Assembly: GCA_003707115.1 (NCBI GenBank)
Contig: PPNB01000004.1
Location: 310,001-374,000, forward strand
From: Tortispora ganteri
Taxonomy: Eukaryota
Direction of reading: 5' to 3'
Length of the DNA: 64,000 bases
How positions within the stretch are numbered: position 1 is the first letter of the stretch; every line of letters starts with the position of its first letter. Shown in pieces: positions 1-11,759 of the stretch. Both the position numbers and the translations under genes were made by a program. The notes beneath the pieces were generated by a model. That model saw nothing but the letters and a program-made list of their open reading frames with translations. It ran no database searches and was not told where the DNA came from.

Positions 1-1
1 T

Positions 2-697
2 GACATTAAAGACTACCAAAGCGTTGTCGTGCCTGAAATAATATCAAACTATAACAATGCAGTTTTGTCGACCTTCCAGCAGCATGAAAAGCATAAATAC
101 TTGATTTATGATTATGGTGCAACTAGATGTGTGCTGTCGTATTATCAGGGTGAAAACGAATACGAACTTGTCGTTACCGGATTTCAGGCTCTTATTATCT
201 TGCAGTTTACCTCAACTAAGGAAAATACTACCTTGAGCGTGACTGCTCTTCAGGAAAATACCGGGATACCTCTGGGTGTTTTACGTCGAAACCTTCGATC
301 CTTGGTATCAAAGGAACATCCCTTGCTTTTAAGAATCACAGGTACTGATGAGCACGACAAAAACTCACATGAATTATTCCAATTGCATTCTTCATGGACC
401 CCAACTAAATCGCGAATCGTATTCAGCATTCCTTCACGTTCAAGTGCAGAGATTGCGCGCATAGAAGACAACGATGCAAATCATTGTTCGGAAGACAGAA
501 GAATGGAGATCGAAGCGGCAATTACACGCACATTAAAAGGTGTGCAAGAATTTGAGCATAAAGATTTAGTCGATACTGTGCAGAAATTACTTCCCAATGG
601 ACCAACTGATGTCGCCAACATCAAAATTGCTATTGATTCATTGCTTGATCGAGGATTTATCGAGAGAAAAGAACCCAATATATATCGCTATAGATAG
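2..697 (+). CDS. Cullin, C-terminal part (5' end outside window)
   Basis: The frame is open back to the window start. It has cullin-homology text (FQALIILQF...LRRNLRSL) and a neddylation domain (DRRMEIEAAITRTLK...IDSLLDRGFIER...YRY). The subfamily is not resolved. Confidence 0.85.
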   Translation, partial: DIKDYQSVVVPEIISNYNNAVLSTFQQHEKHKYLIYDYGATRCVLSYYQGENEYELVVTGFQALIILQFTSTKENTTLSVTALQENTGIPLGVLRRNLRSLVSKEHPLLLRITGTDEHDKNSHELFQLHSSWTPTKSRIVFSIPSRSSAEIARIEDNDANHCSEDRRMEIEAAITRTLKGVQEFEHKDLVDTVQKLLPNGPTDVANIKIAIDSLLDRGFIERKEPNIYRYR

Positions 698-732
698 AGG
701 TTTTCTATGCGTCTGTAATTCTCAAAGGTGGT

Positions 733-2610
733 TTAAGACTTTGTGGATAAAGATTTGATAATCCTTTTGCGTTCAGCTTCCATATCATGGTCCAAGTAAC
801 GAACCATGTTCGTATCGGTTGTATCATTAGGACTTGATGGATTTTGTGGAGATGATCCTTTATAGCTTGTATCTTCTTGAGCATGATCAGCTTCTCCCGT
901 CTCACGTTTTCGTTTGCCAGCAACAACGCTATGTTTGTATCCCGAACTATCGTTCTTTTTAGCTTCTTGAATTAAGTTGGCAAGTTGATAGACCTCATCT
1001 ACCGCTATTTTATCAACATTATAGGTAGCATGCTCATTATATGAATTCAGATCATCTTTGACAGTTGGGGTAATGGCTCTTTCGGCGACTGTCTCGTTGA
1101 GTAACCCTTCATTGTATCCGAGAGGAAGTGTTCTTGAGTGTTTTAAGATACTTTTTTTCCCACTATCAATTTTCTTTTTGCTATCTAAATTCGCACGATT
1201 TTTTATTAGCTCATGAAGCCGGAGATCGAGGCGCCAAGAGTAATCAGCATTTGTGTCATATGAAATGTATTTATCAGACATAGCACAATTCCATAGCCAT
1301 TGCTCTGTGACAATGGGTATCTTGGCCCTCATTGCAAGTAAGAATTTAGAACTTCTCTTTGTAAGAGCGGGAATATTAGCAGAGTTAACAATCAGCAATT
1401 TGGTGACGCCTACTTTCAATGATTGTTGCATGTCTGCGCCTATTATTTTGGCCAATTTAGTGATGTGCATGAACTCCACACCCTCGAACCCGGAAATGCA
1501 CACGGGCAGGTTCAGGAGTTCGGGTATATTCCTTGACGGGAAGAAAGAACCCCAAAAATCATATACTAAAGATTTGCAATGTAGACTTCTTTCTATCATC
1601 CATTCCGTCACTAAAACTGAAGGTTTTGAGTGGTCTTTAACACGTCCAAGATAGGGATCACCATCAGCTGGAACAACAATATACTGAGGATAAGGGGTAG
1701 AGTCAATATCCACTATTTGTCCTCCCTGAGATCTGATAGTTTTTTCGAGTATTCTTCGGTGTTTTTGGGAGAACCCGTGAATAGCAAAAGTTGTCTTTGC
1801 GAATATAAGGTCTGTAGTTGCTATTGATTCTAGTTCTGTCATACTAGTACCCATAATTTTTTTTATATCATCACTCTGCGCTTTATCAGCGTTTGGTTGT
1901 CCTTCTGGTTTAACGAGGCTGGACCAGAGCTTATCTGTAGATTGTTGACGTTTAGCCTTGACTATGTGTGAATCATGACGTTGGAGTGCTCTATTTTGTG
2001 GCGAATTGGCAAGGGGTTCAATTGCACCCTTTCCAACATCGCATTCCGGAATGTCTAGAGAGAAACATGACTCGTCAAGAACGGCATTACGTTCCAGAGA
2101 TTGATATATCCAGGCAGCTTGTACAATAGGAATATTCCATTTAGTGGCGTATGAATACTTTGTAGAGGTAGTATCTGAAGCAACAAGATGAGTTACCGAA
2201 TGTGACAAATCCGGATGATAGTTTCCGCCATTTTGTTTAATCTCTTCTATGAGCTGAGCGCGTTGGTTGTTGGCCGAAAAACCAGTGATACAAATGTTAA
2301 GGCCTTGAAAGACGGGAGTTTGGTGTTTGACGAATAGATATTCGAGATCGACATCGTCACCTTTTAGCCACAATGTGTGAGCCTCGGAAACAAAATCTGG
2401 CTGTAACATCTTAACTTCAGGACGGTGTTTGGCAACAAATCGATATTTCTCCGATAACAGTTTACCGACAATCATACAAGTGACGTCGCTGGTAAGGTCA
2501 CGTCTTACAGTTGCGCCCATAGACGACAATTGCGCAACTATTCGCGACAAATCAATCTCATCTATAGAAGTAGTAGAGAATATATGCCCTGTTAATATGT
2601 CTTTTAGCAT
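733..2610 (-). CDS. DPB11: Multi-BRCT replication initiation/checkpoint protein (Dpb11/Cut5/TopBP1 family)
   Basis: 625 aa with four BRCT-like repeats, e.g. FQGLNICITGF...GGNYHPDLSHSVTHLV...KYSYATKWNIPIVQAAWIYQS, followed by a low-complexity tail. Confidence 0.8.
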   Translation of the reverse strand: MLKDILTGHIFSTTSIDEIDLSRIVAQLSSMGATVRRDLTSDVTCMIVGKLLSEKYRFVAKHRPEVKMLQPDFVSEAHTLWLKGDDVDLEYLFVKHQTPVFQGLNICITGFSANNQRAQLIEEIKQNGGNYHPDLSHSVTHLVASDTTSTKYSYATKWNIPIVQAAWIYQSLERNAVLDESCFSLDIPECDVGKGAIEPLANSPQNRALQRHDSHIVKAKRQQSTDKLWSSLVKPEGQPNADKAQSDDIKKIMGTSMTELESIATTDLIFAKTTFAIHGFSQKHRRILEKTIRSQGGQIVDIDSTPYPQYIVVPADGDPYLGRVKDHSKPSVLVTEWMIERSLHCKSLVYDFWGSFFPSRNIPELLNLPVCISGFEGVEFMHITKLAKIIGADMQQSLKVGVTKLLIVNSANIPALTKRSSKFLLAMRAKIPIVTEQWLWNCAMSDKYISYDTNADYSWRLDLRLHELIKNRANLDSKKKIDSGKKSILKHSRTLPLGYNEGLLNETVAERAITPTVKDDLNSYNEHATYNVDKIAVDEVYQLANLIQEAKKNDSSGYKHSVVAGKRKRETGEADHAQEDTSYKGSSPQNPSSPNDTTDTNMVRYLDHDMEAERKRIIKSLSTKS

Positions 2611-2926
2611 GAGACTAACCGTATAGAAGATATAATGTCCGCAAAATATACAAAAAGAAAGTTGGTGTTGTTTAATCTAAGGTATGTGAGTAAAGTACTA
2701 TTGGGAGTTACTACATTAGGTACACATAGTTAACATTTAACAGCGTACAACTGTGCTAGTATTCTACAACAAGAAAGTATATCGATATATGTCATAATAT
2801 GAGCATAGTTAGCTAATTATTAATGATTTATTTGAGCCGCTTGTTTATGCTCTGACTTATTCAATTTATAACTATGACTGCTCGGCATTTCGAATCTTGT
2901 CATGTCCTCTTTCATCGGCACCTCTG

Positions 2927-3076
2927 CCTCGGCCTGAAGCATTGATGAACTAACAACCAATTATATGGTTTCATATCCTACAAAAACCTTTATAAGATGG
3001 TTCCGAGAAAACTATAGTTTGCCGTACAGACAGAATATACCAAGAAGAATGGCAATACAGTCTGTAATTGCCGAGG
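2927..3076. promoter_or_regulatory. Two CCTCGG/CCGAGG motifs (FarA/Ctf1/Por1-type fatty-acid response element) upstream of the racemase gene
   Basis: CCTCGG at 2927-2932 and CCGAGG at 3071-3076. Function is inferred from the known motif and the downstream gene's role. Confidence 0.45.
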
Positions 3077-3199
3077 AGTTTGCCATCTGGTGCTACCCCG
3101 CAAAACTCTAATTATCCCCCCTAATAGGCTGGTAGTATAAAGCTAAAACCTCCAAACAAAGACACCTATCAATTCCTGTCTCTAGTATACGCGATTCTA

Positions 3200-4321
3200 A
3201 TGGCTCTTAACGGTATAAAGGTAGCTGAATTTGCAGGACTAGCGCCAGCACCAATGTGTGGTCTAATGCTTGCTGATTATGGTGCAGACGTAATCCGTAT
3301 CGATAGGGCTAGCCAGCAGAACACAGGAACGCCCCGCGACCATTTGGTCAGAGGTAAACGCTCTATTGCAATTGATCTCAAATCAAAAGAAGGTATAGAG
3401 ATTGCTAAGGCTATAGTGAATAAATCTGACGTGTTGCTAGATCCATACAGACCAGGCGTGTTGGAAAGGCTTGGTCTAGGTCCTGATGTCTTCCTTGGCT
3501 CAAACGGATCAAACCCGAATCTTATCTACTGTCGTCTCACTGGATTTGGTCAAACCGGCAAGTATTCATCCTTCGCTGGTCATGATATAAACTATATTGG
3601 TGCTTCCGGTGTAGTCAGTCTTTTTGGCCCTGCTGGACAGCCGCCTTCTTTTCCATCAAACATCCTCGGCGATTTCGCGGGCTTAGCACTGCCCGCTTTT
3701 GCTAACATTGTGCTACAATTGTACTACGGCAAGTCAAATCCTAGCATTCCTCGCGGTAAAGTTCTTGACGTTAACATTGTTGATTCTGTTCGCTATTTAG
3801 CCTTATCCTCTAGCATCGCTAAGTCCATGAAGCCTCGTCCTTACGGATTCGATCAACCAAGGGGCTTGAACATGCTCGAAGGTGGAGCTCCTTATTATCG
3901 CAACTACGCTACAGCTACCCCAGACAGGTACATGTCCGTTGGTGCCATTGAGCCACAGTTCTATGCCCTGCTTTTGAAAGGTCTGGACTTGGATCCTAAT
4001 GCCCTTCCTAGCCGCGAAAACGTCAAGAACTGGCCTATACTCATGGATATCTTTGAACGCAAATTTCGAAGCAAACCAATCGAATACTGGACTAAATTAT
4101 TTACCGAAAAGTACCCAGACGCCTGCTGTATACCCGTGGAAGAAATTTATAGTCCAGAAAACATCAAGCCTATCTTTGCTTTGGGTGACAATGATCCTAA
4201 ACCCGACCATTCGCACACTGTTCTTTATCCTGGAGAAAATACCACTGAAATATTAAAAGAAATATTGGGGAAATCCGGCCCCGTTAAAGGAACTCAACAG
4301 TATAAGAAAAGTCGTATCTAA
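3200..4321 (+). CDS. CoA-transferase family III (CaiB/BaiF), alpha-methylacyl-CoA racemase-like, probably peroxisomal
   Basis: Motifs EFAGLAPAP, LADYGADVIRID, RGKRSIAIDLK, DPYRPGVLERLGLG, GHDINY and GAIEPQFY. The C-terminal SRI resembles a PTS1 variant. Confidence 0.9.
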   Translation: MALNGIKVAEFAGLAPAPMCGLMLADYGADVIRIDRASQQNTGTPRDHLVRGKRSIAIDLKSKEGIEIAKAIVNKSDVLLDPYRPGVLERLGLGPDVFLGSNGSNPNLIYCRLTGFGQTGKYSSFAGHDINYIGASGVVSLFGPAGQPPSFPSNILGDFAGLALPAFANIVLQLYYGKSNPSIPRGKVLDVNIVDSVRYLALSSSIAKSMKPRPYGFDQPRGLNMLEGGAPYYRNYATATPDRYMSVGAIEPQFYALLLKGLDLDPNALPSRENVKNWPILMDIFERKFRSKPIEYWTKLFTEKYPDACCIPVEEIYSPENIKPIFALGDNDPKPDHSHTVLYPGENTTEILKEILGKSGPVKGTQQYKKSRI

Positions 4322-4394
4322 TCTCATCGGTATTCTATTTCGATCCCTAAGGTAGACTCATTAGTATCCGTTGTTAATGTTTAGGTAAGCAAAC

Positions 4395-6617
4395 TCATCG
4401 AACAACACTAGGTGCTACATCTTCAGCAGCCAGTTCTCTGGATCTGTTCGACTCTCGGAATGCAAATCGATCCCCTTGCCCAGGAAACATTGAATTAGAA
4501 TTATCGTCACTCGGCTCACTGATAGATGAGAGACTAGCATCGCCTCGAAGAAATTGTGTATACGTCGATCTTCTGGAAGCATTGGTAATATCAACACTCC
4601 CAGGAGGGTTGACCGATATATCCTGTATTTCACTACCATTGGTCGAGCGTTCATCAGATGATGAACTTTCAGCGTAAGGAACACTACTTGCCTCAGTATA
4701 ACGAACTCTGCCCAACTCTGTTTCGTGACTCACTTCATATTCTTCGTCGGAATTGACTTCCGCTGGTACGACACGTTGCCTTTGACTCTCCTCGTATCCA
4801 GGAGGAGGCGTAGAGCCAGGAAGTGCAAATGGGCTTGGATATAAGGACGAAAAGCTTGGCGGTCCTGCGCTTTCATCAAATGACGGCGGATTCACTGATG
4901 GCCGACGAATCAAATGAATTGGTCGAGACATACCAAAAAATGCCGAAGGTCTTCTACTATATGACCCTCTACCGGATGAAGTGGAAGAAGAAGGAGGTAG
5001 ATATGCGGGCAACGATAAATTGGCATCAGCGCATTCCGCAGCAAGAATCTGAAAGGGTGAGTCAACAGAGATCTCATAATGTTTCGTCTTTTTTCCTGGA
5101 ACATCATTAAGCGTAGCTTTAGACACCCTCATTTGAACCTTGAGCCAGTGCGATACAGGTATATTCTTGTACGCTGTATCAGCGTGTATGCGCATGCGTC
5201 CCAAATTATCAGTCTCCTGGTTAACTGAGACGTTGAATTCAAATTCTGTACTATCCGCAGAGTGTAACGTATTTCTGAGATCTCCAAAAAAAGAGCCTTG
5301 TATCCCTTCTGCAGGTTTGTGTTCATAGAGGACAATCTTTTTGGCAGCTTCAACTCTGTGGACTTTACGTTTATGACAGTAATACTCACAATGCTCGGTT
5401 AAAATCACTCTAATGCGATGGCAGTTTATCTTAGCAAGAGGAGTGAGTTTTACTGCCACAGGGAAGCTTTCCCCAATAGCAATTGATCTGGTGCCAACGG
5501 CAACATCGTAATGCAGTTGATCTTCCCACAATTTAGAGATTGCAATGGGGGCAGGTGGTTCTAATGAGTTCAAGTTGATATATCGAACAATTCTGACAGG
5601 AATAGAGCCCATGAGGTTTGATCGAAAGGCGCCAGGCCTTTCCACTGTGGCTTCAAGCATATATCTTACAGAGCCTAATAAACAGAATATAGACTCGGGC
5701 GTCGAAGGTGGTAAAGGCAATTCAAAGTGGTAAATATAATCACCTGGCTTAAATTGGCGATAACCCTTAGAGCTCACAAATCTCTCGTGGTCTTCTTTCT
5801 GAGAATAGGATCGTTGAGGCCCTAACGAAAGATCGGGCTCTATTTCAGAAAATGAATCCCTGTAGCTCCTAGGAGCAGGTGATGCGGCTCGTCTAGCAGA
5901 GGTATGTACGGCGTCCGGTAACTTGTTAAGGATTTTATCCGCGCCAGATGTAACTTCAGCTTGCGGGAACGTGTGATTGAAGAAAGTCCAGGTGTGATTT
6001 ATAATAGTTAGGTCTTCCACAGTCTGTTGCCGCTTAGGAGGGATACCTTCTGGCCAATGTGTGACACTGTGGCCTGAGAAATTAAGCGAAATGGCTTTGA
6101 TCTTAGTGGGCCGAGTGACGGAAACCACCAGGGTTCCGCGAAGCATTTGAGCGGGCTGGTCAGCCCATTCGGATTCATGGAATCCATGCATATATATTAC
6201 AGGCTCAGCCAAGTTGATAGCGACAGATAATCCGGATGACGGTTGAGAAGCAGTCGGCTTAAAAGCCGAAGCCTGTGATGACCGGCGGTGATCGGAGGTG
6301 AGTGATAGCGCACTGAGCTCTTTAGTGAGACGAGACGGCTTCGGGGATTCGGCTGAATTGAAGGTATTGGATCTAGAAGGCCGGGATGAAGTTGTGATTG
6401 AATTCCTTGCAGTAGAAAATGTTGCCGAAGAAGGCGAGGGTGGTGATTGCGAGGCCGGGCGGACAGTAGCAGTGGCAGCATGAATGATCTCGGCGGCTGT
6501 AGATAAGGTTCTTGAATCTGCTCTACCGATTCTATGATCGGGCTCGTCGTGGTGGTTATTTAGGGACGCTGAATCAGCAGAGCTAGCGCTATCATCGCTA
6601 TGCAAAGATACGGGCAT
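4395..6617 (-). CDS. Alpha-arrestin / Rsp5 adaptor, Aly1/Aly2-like
   Basis: LRGTLVV...PTKIKAISL...WPEGIPP, YHFELPLP...PESI and ISKLWEDQLHYDV. PY-type motifs LPAY and PPGY lie in the C-terminal tail. Confidence 0.8.
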   Translation of the reverse strand: MPVSLHSDDSASSADSASLNNHHDEPDHRIGRADSRTLSTAAEIIHAATATVRPASQSPPSPSSATFSTARNSITTSSRPSRSNTFNSAESPKPSRLTKELSALSLTSDHRRSSQASAFKPTASQPSSGLSVAINLAEPVIYMHGFHESEWADQPAQMLRGTLVVSVTRPTKIKAISLNFSGHSVTHWPEGIPPKRQQTVEDLTIINHTWTFFNHTFPQAEVTSGADKILNKLPDAVHTSARRAASPAPRSYRDSFSEIEPDLSLGPQRSYSQKEDHERFVSSKGYRQFKPGDYIYHFELPLPPSTPESIFCLLGSVRYMLEATVERPGAFRSNLMGSIPVRIVRYINLNSLEPPAPIAISKLWEDQLHYDVAVGTRSIAIGESFPVAVKLTPLAKINCHRIRVILTEHCEYYCHKRKVHRVEAAKKIVLYEHKPAEGIQGSFFGDLRNTLHSADSTEFEFNVSVNQETDNLGRMRIHADTAYKNIPVSHWLKVQMRVSKATLNDVPGKKTKHYEISVDSPFQILAAECADANLSLPAYLPPSSSTSSGRGSYSRRPSAFFGMSRPIHLIRRPSVNPPSFDESAGPPSFSSLYPSPFALPGSTPPPGYEESQRQRVVPAEVNSDEEYEVSHETELGRVRYTEASSVPYAESSSSDERSTNGSEIQDISVNPPGSVDITNASRRSTYTQFLRGDASLSSISEPSDDNSNSMFPGQGDRFAFRESNRSRELAAEDVAPSVVR

Positions 6618-7619
6618 ATATGACGAGTTAAATAGGTGAGGAAATTACGGGGGTACGAGGCCAACAAGTTGAGAGGTGGAGATAAGAATGAAGATCGCGG
6701 GGGAAGTGTGTGAGTAGGATGTCAGATTAGCGAAGATAATGCAGTCGTAGCATTCAGTAAGGGAATAGAAATCCAGACTTTATTAAACTGTGTTGAGACA
6801 CTTTAATATTAAAAATTATGTGGATAAAAAGCAGATTGTACAAAGTCAGCTAAGCAAAAATGATGAAGTTTGAAGGGAAGATAAAAAAGTAACAGTACTC
6901 TTCTGTATGGGGAAGGGGGAGAGGGGGGAGGTTCGTCAGTAGGTTTAGCCACCCGTAGGCATCTCCCAATCACCGCTCAATAAGAGGGTCAGAATAACCC
7001 AATTATGATCACAAGACCTCCAGCTAATATTTATACACATTGCTAATCCGATCACACTTACTTTTTCATTTACCGGAACTTCCGGATTTTGTCTTTTTTT
7101 ACAAATAAATTCTGAAACAAACTAACTACATAATCACTTTCTCTTTGTTTAGGCCGTTAAATGTAATTATAGGCATTTTAGCCCTGGCTTTACACGCTTC
7201 AATTAACATATCTTAAGATAGATAAGTGTGTTGGCATGGTAACTTCTACTTTTTTACCTCCGCAAGTACCAAGCAAGTAATATTGAAACCGTACATGTGG
7301 TTGATTGCTTTTTAGTCTCCCTCCTTTTCCATCCCACTTTTCTCTCTTTCACTCCTTTATTCGCTATCCATTACGTTAAAATATACGTCATTTTGGCATT
7401 TCTGGCTAGTTCTCTAGAACATTCGTCAATATACCGCTCCATTTTTCCCTTGATCTGTACAATTCCTGGTCTTTCCCGCCTCCCTCCCCGCGCGTCAGAC
7501 TTATCAAACCGTTCCTATCCTCACGCACACACGCTTAGCTCAAGCTCCTCTTTTTTTCTATTTGCTTTCATATCCACTAGCGGCTCATATTTTACGGCAT
7601 TCAAACCTCATATTCTGGC

Positions 7620-9308
7620 ATGAAGCAAAAGCTCCCTCAACTTTTTAAGCACAACAAGTCTGCTTCTAATGGAACGATTAGTGTATCAGCGACCGCAACT
7701 GACTTGAACGACAATGAGTTTGGACCATTGACTTCGAAGGAATATCTCTATCACTGCCCCCCGTCGCATGCTGAACTTGATATTGAAGAAAAATGTGAAC
7801 CGCAATACTATATCCTAGTTTGTACCTACCTGAGTTACTTAATACTCATTATTCTTGGCCATATAGAAGACTTTTTTGGAAAACGTCTTTATCCTGCCAA
7901 ATACAGACATCTGACTGAATTTGATGGCTATGCGCCGTTGAACTCAGGCTTTGATAATTTCTACATTCGTAGACTCAAACGTCGACTTGATACCGCGTTC
8001 TCCCGTCCCACTACTGGCGTCCCTGGTCGATATATCAGAGTGCTTGAACGCAGATCAATCGATGACAACGAAAGTTTTGAATTTACAGGAGAAACTCGTG
8101 ATTGTCTAAATCTTTCTAGTTATAACTACCTTGGTTTTGCTCAATCGCAAGGTCATTGTGCAGATGCAGTCGAGCAAGCTATCAAGACGCACGGTATTAC
8201 TACCAGCGCACCCCGCTCAATGTACGGCTCGTCTGTTCTACATGACGAAACAGAAAAGCTTGTAGCGCGATATTTTAATCGCGAGTCTGCTCTAGTCTTT
8301 TCTATGGGATTCGCTACCAATGCCGCTCTTTTTATGCCATTGGCTCAAAAAGGTTGCCTGATTATTTCTGATGAGCTAAATCACTCCTCCATTCGCTTTG
8401 GAACGCGTTTATCCGGTGCTGTAATTAAGATATTCAAGCATAACGATATGCAGGAACTGGAAGCTGTACTCAGAGAACAGATTTCTCAAGGTCAACCACG
8501 TACGCATCGCCCTTGGCGCAAAATATTTGTCGCCGTAGAAGGGTTGTATTCTATGGAAGGCACAATGTGTGATCTTCCGAGGCTTATTGAATTACGTCGG
8601 CGTTATAAATTTTATCTTTTTGTTGATGAAGCGCATTCTGTTGGTGCGATTGGATCGCATAGTGGAGGTGTTACCGATTTTTTTAATATTCCCACTAATG
8701 AGATCGACATATTAATGGGAACGTTCACGAAAAGTTTTGGAGCATCAGGTGGATATGTATGCGGAGATGCTTCATTAATTAATTATTTGAAATTAACGAA
8801 CTCGAATTATGTTTATGGAGAGCCTGTTGCACCTGCAGTGCTGACACAGATATCTGTTTCATTGAGAATTATGCTTAATGAAATTGCTCCAGGCCAAGGC
8901 AGTGAGCGCTTGGAACGACTAGGATTTAATAGCCGATATCTCCGACTCGGTTTGCGACGACTCGGTTTTATTGAATGTGGTCATCAAGACTCGCCTATTC
9001 TGCCGGTGATGATATATTTGCCGTCACGGTTTTTCATGGTGTCGAAGTTGATTCTTGAAAGATATAATATAGCGGTGGTACTTGCTGGGTATCCCGCAAC
9101 ACCTCTATCTGAAGCGCGAGTGCGTCTTTGCATGTCTGCTGCGTTAACTAAAGAAGATTTGGATTACTTGCTTCGAGCCCTCGACAAGGTTGGGGACGAA
9201 CTGGATATTAAGTACTGTTATGGCAGGAGTCCTGAAACCAGCTGGAATATCGACAACGTGTTTGATACACTGGTTGAAGATTGCAAGAAAGACGAATTTT
9301 TCAAATAA
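7620..9308 (+). CDS. LCB2: Serine palmitoyltransferase catalytic subunit
   Basis: LNLSSYNYLGFAQ, SDELNHSSI, EGLYSMEG, DEAHSVGA and the PLP lysine motif GTFTKSFG. Confidence 0.95.
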   Translation: MKQKLPQLFKHNKSASNGTISVSATATDLNDNEFGPLTSKEYLYHCPPSHAELDIEEKCEPQYYILVCTYLSYLILIILGHIEDFFGKRLYPAKYRHLTEFDGYAPLNSGFDNFYIRRLKRRLDTAFSRPTTGVPGRYIRVLERRSIDDNESFEFTGETRDCLNLSSYNYLGFAQSQGHCADAVEQAIKTHGITTSAPRSMYGSSVLHDETEKLVARYFNRESALVFSMGFATNAALFMPLAQKGCLIISDELNHSSIRFGTRLSGAVIKIFKHNDMQELEAVLREQISQGQPRTHRPWRKIFVAVEGLYSMEGTMCDLPRLIELRRRYKFYLFVDEAHSVGAIGSHSGGVTDFFNIPTNEIDILMGTFTKSFGASGGYVCGDASLINYLKLTNSNYVYGEPVAPAVLTQISVSLRIMLNEIAPGQGSERLERLGFNSRYLRLGLRRLGFIECGHQDSPILPVMIYLPSRFFMVSKLILERYNIAVVLAGYPATPLSEARVRLCMSAALTKEDLDYLLRALDKVGDELDIKYCYGRSPETSWNIDNVFDTLVEDCKKDEFFK

Positions 9309-9369
9309 TAATAAATAATGATTAGTTAGTACAATTCAATTAGTGGCCGAGCACTTATAAAGAAATCAA

Positions 9370-10017
9370 ATGGCCTCATCTTTACGCAGTGTAACTCCTA
9401 CTCCCAAAAGTCGCCTTGAGATTAATTTATCTACTACCAAACTCCTCTCTAAGTACACGAAACCAATGAAATCTATTGATCAAGGCACAATAGTGCTTCC
9501 TGGACAATGTATATGTGATGGAACAGCTGAAAATGCCGGTAAAGGAACATACTCAGCTATAGATAGCCATGGAATGGGTGTAGTTATGGCAGCACAGAAA
9601 GGAAAAGTTATGTATAGAGATCGAAAAGCGATTGTCGAATATGAACAGAAGATTCAGCGCATTTCAGTTAACGATATAGTTATATGTACAGTTACAAGAC
9701 TCTCGTCAAAAGCTGGTAATATATGTGAGGTAAAACTCGGAGAGTATACCGGAATTATACGAAGTTTAGATGTAAGAGCTACGGAAAGAGATACCGTCGT
9801 GCTAGAAGATTGTTTTCGACCAGGTGATGTAGTTAGGGCGAAAGTACTTTCACTAGGTGACGGTCGCAATTTTTATCTTACGACTAACGAAAATGAACTT
9901 GGCGTTATCTTCGGCACCTCAAAGGCTGGAGGCGTCCTAACTCCTGTTGACTGGCAACACATGAAATGCTCTGTAACTGGAGATATAGAGAAGCGCAAAG
10001 TTGCGAAACCTTTATAG
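9370..10017 (+). CDS. CSL4: Exosome complex S1-domain component (true start could be the internal ATG at 9466)
   Basis: [38 protein letters not shown]...LGVI and EKRKVAKP. Confidence 0.9.
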   Translation: MASSLRSVTPTPKSRLEINLSTTKLLSKYTKPMKSIDQGTIVLPGQCICDGTAENAGKGTYSAIDSHGMGVVMAAQKGKVMYRDRKAIVEYEQKIQRISVNDIVICTVTRLSSKAGNICEVKLGEYTGIIRSLDVRATERDTVVLEDCFRPGDVVRAKVLSLGDGRNFYLTTNENELGVIFGTSKAGGVLTPVDWQHMKCSVTGDIEKRKVAKPL

Positions 10018-10145
10018 TTACAATTATTGCTAGTTAACACATTATTTCAGTCACATTAGACTATGGAAAATAGGACCGATATTGAACCTATTTCTAAATC
10101 TTTTTTCTCTCTTTCTTTTTTCTTATCATTTCCTGCATGTCTAGT

Positions 10146-11156
10146 TCAAGAAGAATCAGATATAGCGAGGTCATCAGCTTTGCTCGCCAGATCAGCGACT
10201 TCGTCCTTCTCATCAGAAACTTTATCTAATTCATCAGAAGTTTCTTTTATAGGAGTATCGGATCTCAGAATATATTCTGATGTACCAATAACAGAGCCTA
10301 ATGCTTTCCACCTTTGTAGGTACTGTTCACGTTTTTTCTTCGCCATTTCAAGCAGCGCCGGCCAATATTCCTCATGAACATATTCAAAATCCAAATCACC
10401 ACCGAAATTGCGGTCTAGTAAATTTGGATCAACATAGTTTCGTAACGGTTCCGAAAACACTAGCTTCTCCCTCGTCAAAGGATCTATGAAAGGCCAGATG
10501 ATTTTCAAAAAAGTCCACACAAACCACGGAATGTTGACTACCATTGCCTTTCCCAATCTTTCCGGATAATGAGTTTGTAAGATATGCAGGACCTGTCTAC
10601 CTTGCCCCACGCTGGGATTCTTGCTAGTGCTCGAATTTTTAAATTCTATCAGAAGAGCAAGAGCATCTTGACCTGGTGGCATGAAATCTATAACCCTTTC
10701 AAGCATAAACACAAGATGTTGAATTTGACGCTCGCTCTTAGGCGTGTTCTGTCTTCCAGGAACTAGATAAAGACATGGTCTTGCATCAACATCGTAGCCT
10801 AGAATGACTTCCTTGCCGGTCTCGTTCTCAAATCCCATCTCCTTCTCATTTAACGTTTCTACATTGAATTCGCGGCGCCATGCCAAAGTCAATACAATTC
10901 GACTTTCAGCTTCCTCCACCTTCCATTTTGTAGCTCTGAGATATCTGAGTATACATTCACGCGTTATCCACGCTTTCTCGGAATCTGTCAAAGGCGCTTT
11001 ATCTGCATGCTTGCTGGTATTCACAGGCACTTCGCGAAGTTTCTGGCAGTATGCAAGAACAGTCTCATATTTCGATTCTTGTTCCTTAGTGAGAGGCGCG
11101 GGTTCTGGCGCTTTCAACCCTTCAGGAGGGAATTCTATTGGTGTTGACAGTGGCAT
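10146..11156 (-). CDS. PDR16: Sec14-family CRAL-TRIO phosphatidylinositol transfer protein, Pdr16/Pdr17-like
   Basis: WITRECILRYLRATKW, ENETGKEVILGYD, QIQHLVFMLER and LQTHYPERLG. The first ATG is at 11156 (MPLSTP). Confidence 0.85.
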   Translation of the reverse strand: MPLSTPIEFPPEGLKAPEPAPLTKEQESKYETVLAYCQKLREVPVNTSKHADKAPLTDSEKAWITRECILRYLRATKWKVEEAESRIVLTLAWRREFNVETLNEKEMGFENETGKEVILGYDVDARPCLYLVPGRQNTPKSERQIQHLVFMLERVIDFMPPGQDALALLIEFKNSSTSKNPSVGQGRQVLHILQTHYPERLGKAMVVNIPWFVWTFLKIIWPFIDPLTREKLVFSEPLRNYVDPNLLDRNFGGDLDFEYVHEEYWPALLEMAKKKREQYLQRWKALGSVIGTSEYILRSDTPIKETSDELDKVSDEKDEVADLASKADDLAISDSS

Positions 11157-11759
11157 TTTTTTTGGGACGGAGCGTGGAAGAACCACTAGAATAAAACAAC
11201 AATGAAACGCAAAATTGACTTGTTTATAGCTCACTTACACTTTCTATTATAAATATAAGAGAGCAATAACTTGACGTGAGATCCAGCGCCAACTACACAA
11301 CACTTTTATTAGCTTGGATGAGTAAGATATTCCAATCGGAATTCACTTGGCGCGGTTGTTGGCGAGAGGAAATTGCCGGTGCGATCTAACTTTAATTTTC
11401 AGGAATAGATCCCTGTGATTGGTCCATTAATGGCCTTTGAGTTTAGTTCTACGTTAAACGCCTATGACTACATTATAGATCTGACTGAATTACCAATAAG
11501 TCGATGTTTGATGCAATAATATTATTAAAACGCTATACCCATAGTATAGCGACGCAATAGCAAAAGAAAGTAAGCAAAAAGTGCAAAAAAAAAAAAGGGG
11601 GTATAACCAGCAATTATGTGTTCGTTAAATTCGTCAATCTCGTTAGATGTTAGAGAGTAGATGTTAGCTCATCGTTCTTCAGCAGGAGAAATATGGAACA
11701 GTGAGAAATGCTTAAATCAATGAATCGTCTTCACACTGCTTTTATTCGCATGGAACCCA

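Noticed and set aside
7297..7623. 108-aa ORF overlapping the LCB2 start
   Set aside because: GTG start and pyrimidine-rich promoter/5'-UTR sequence giving Phe/Ser/Leu-biased text.
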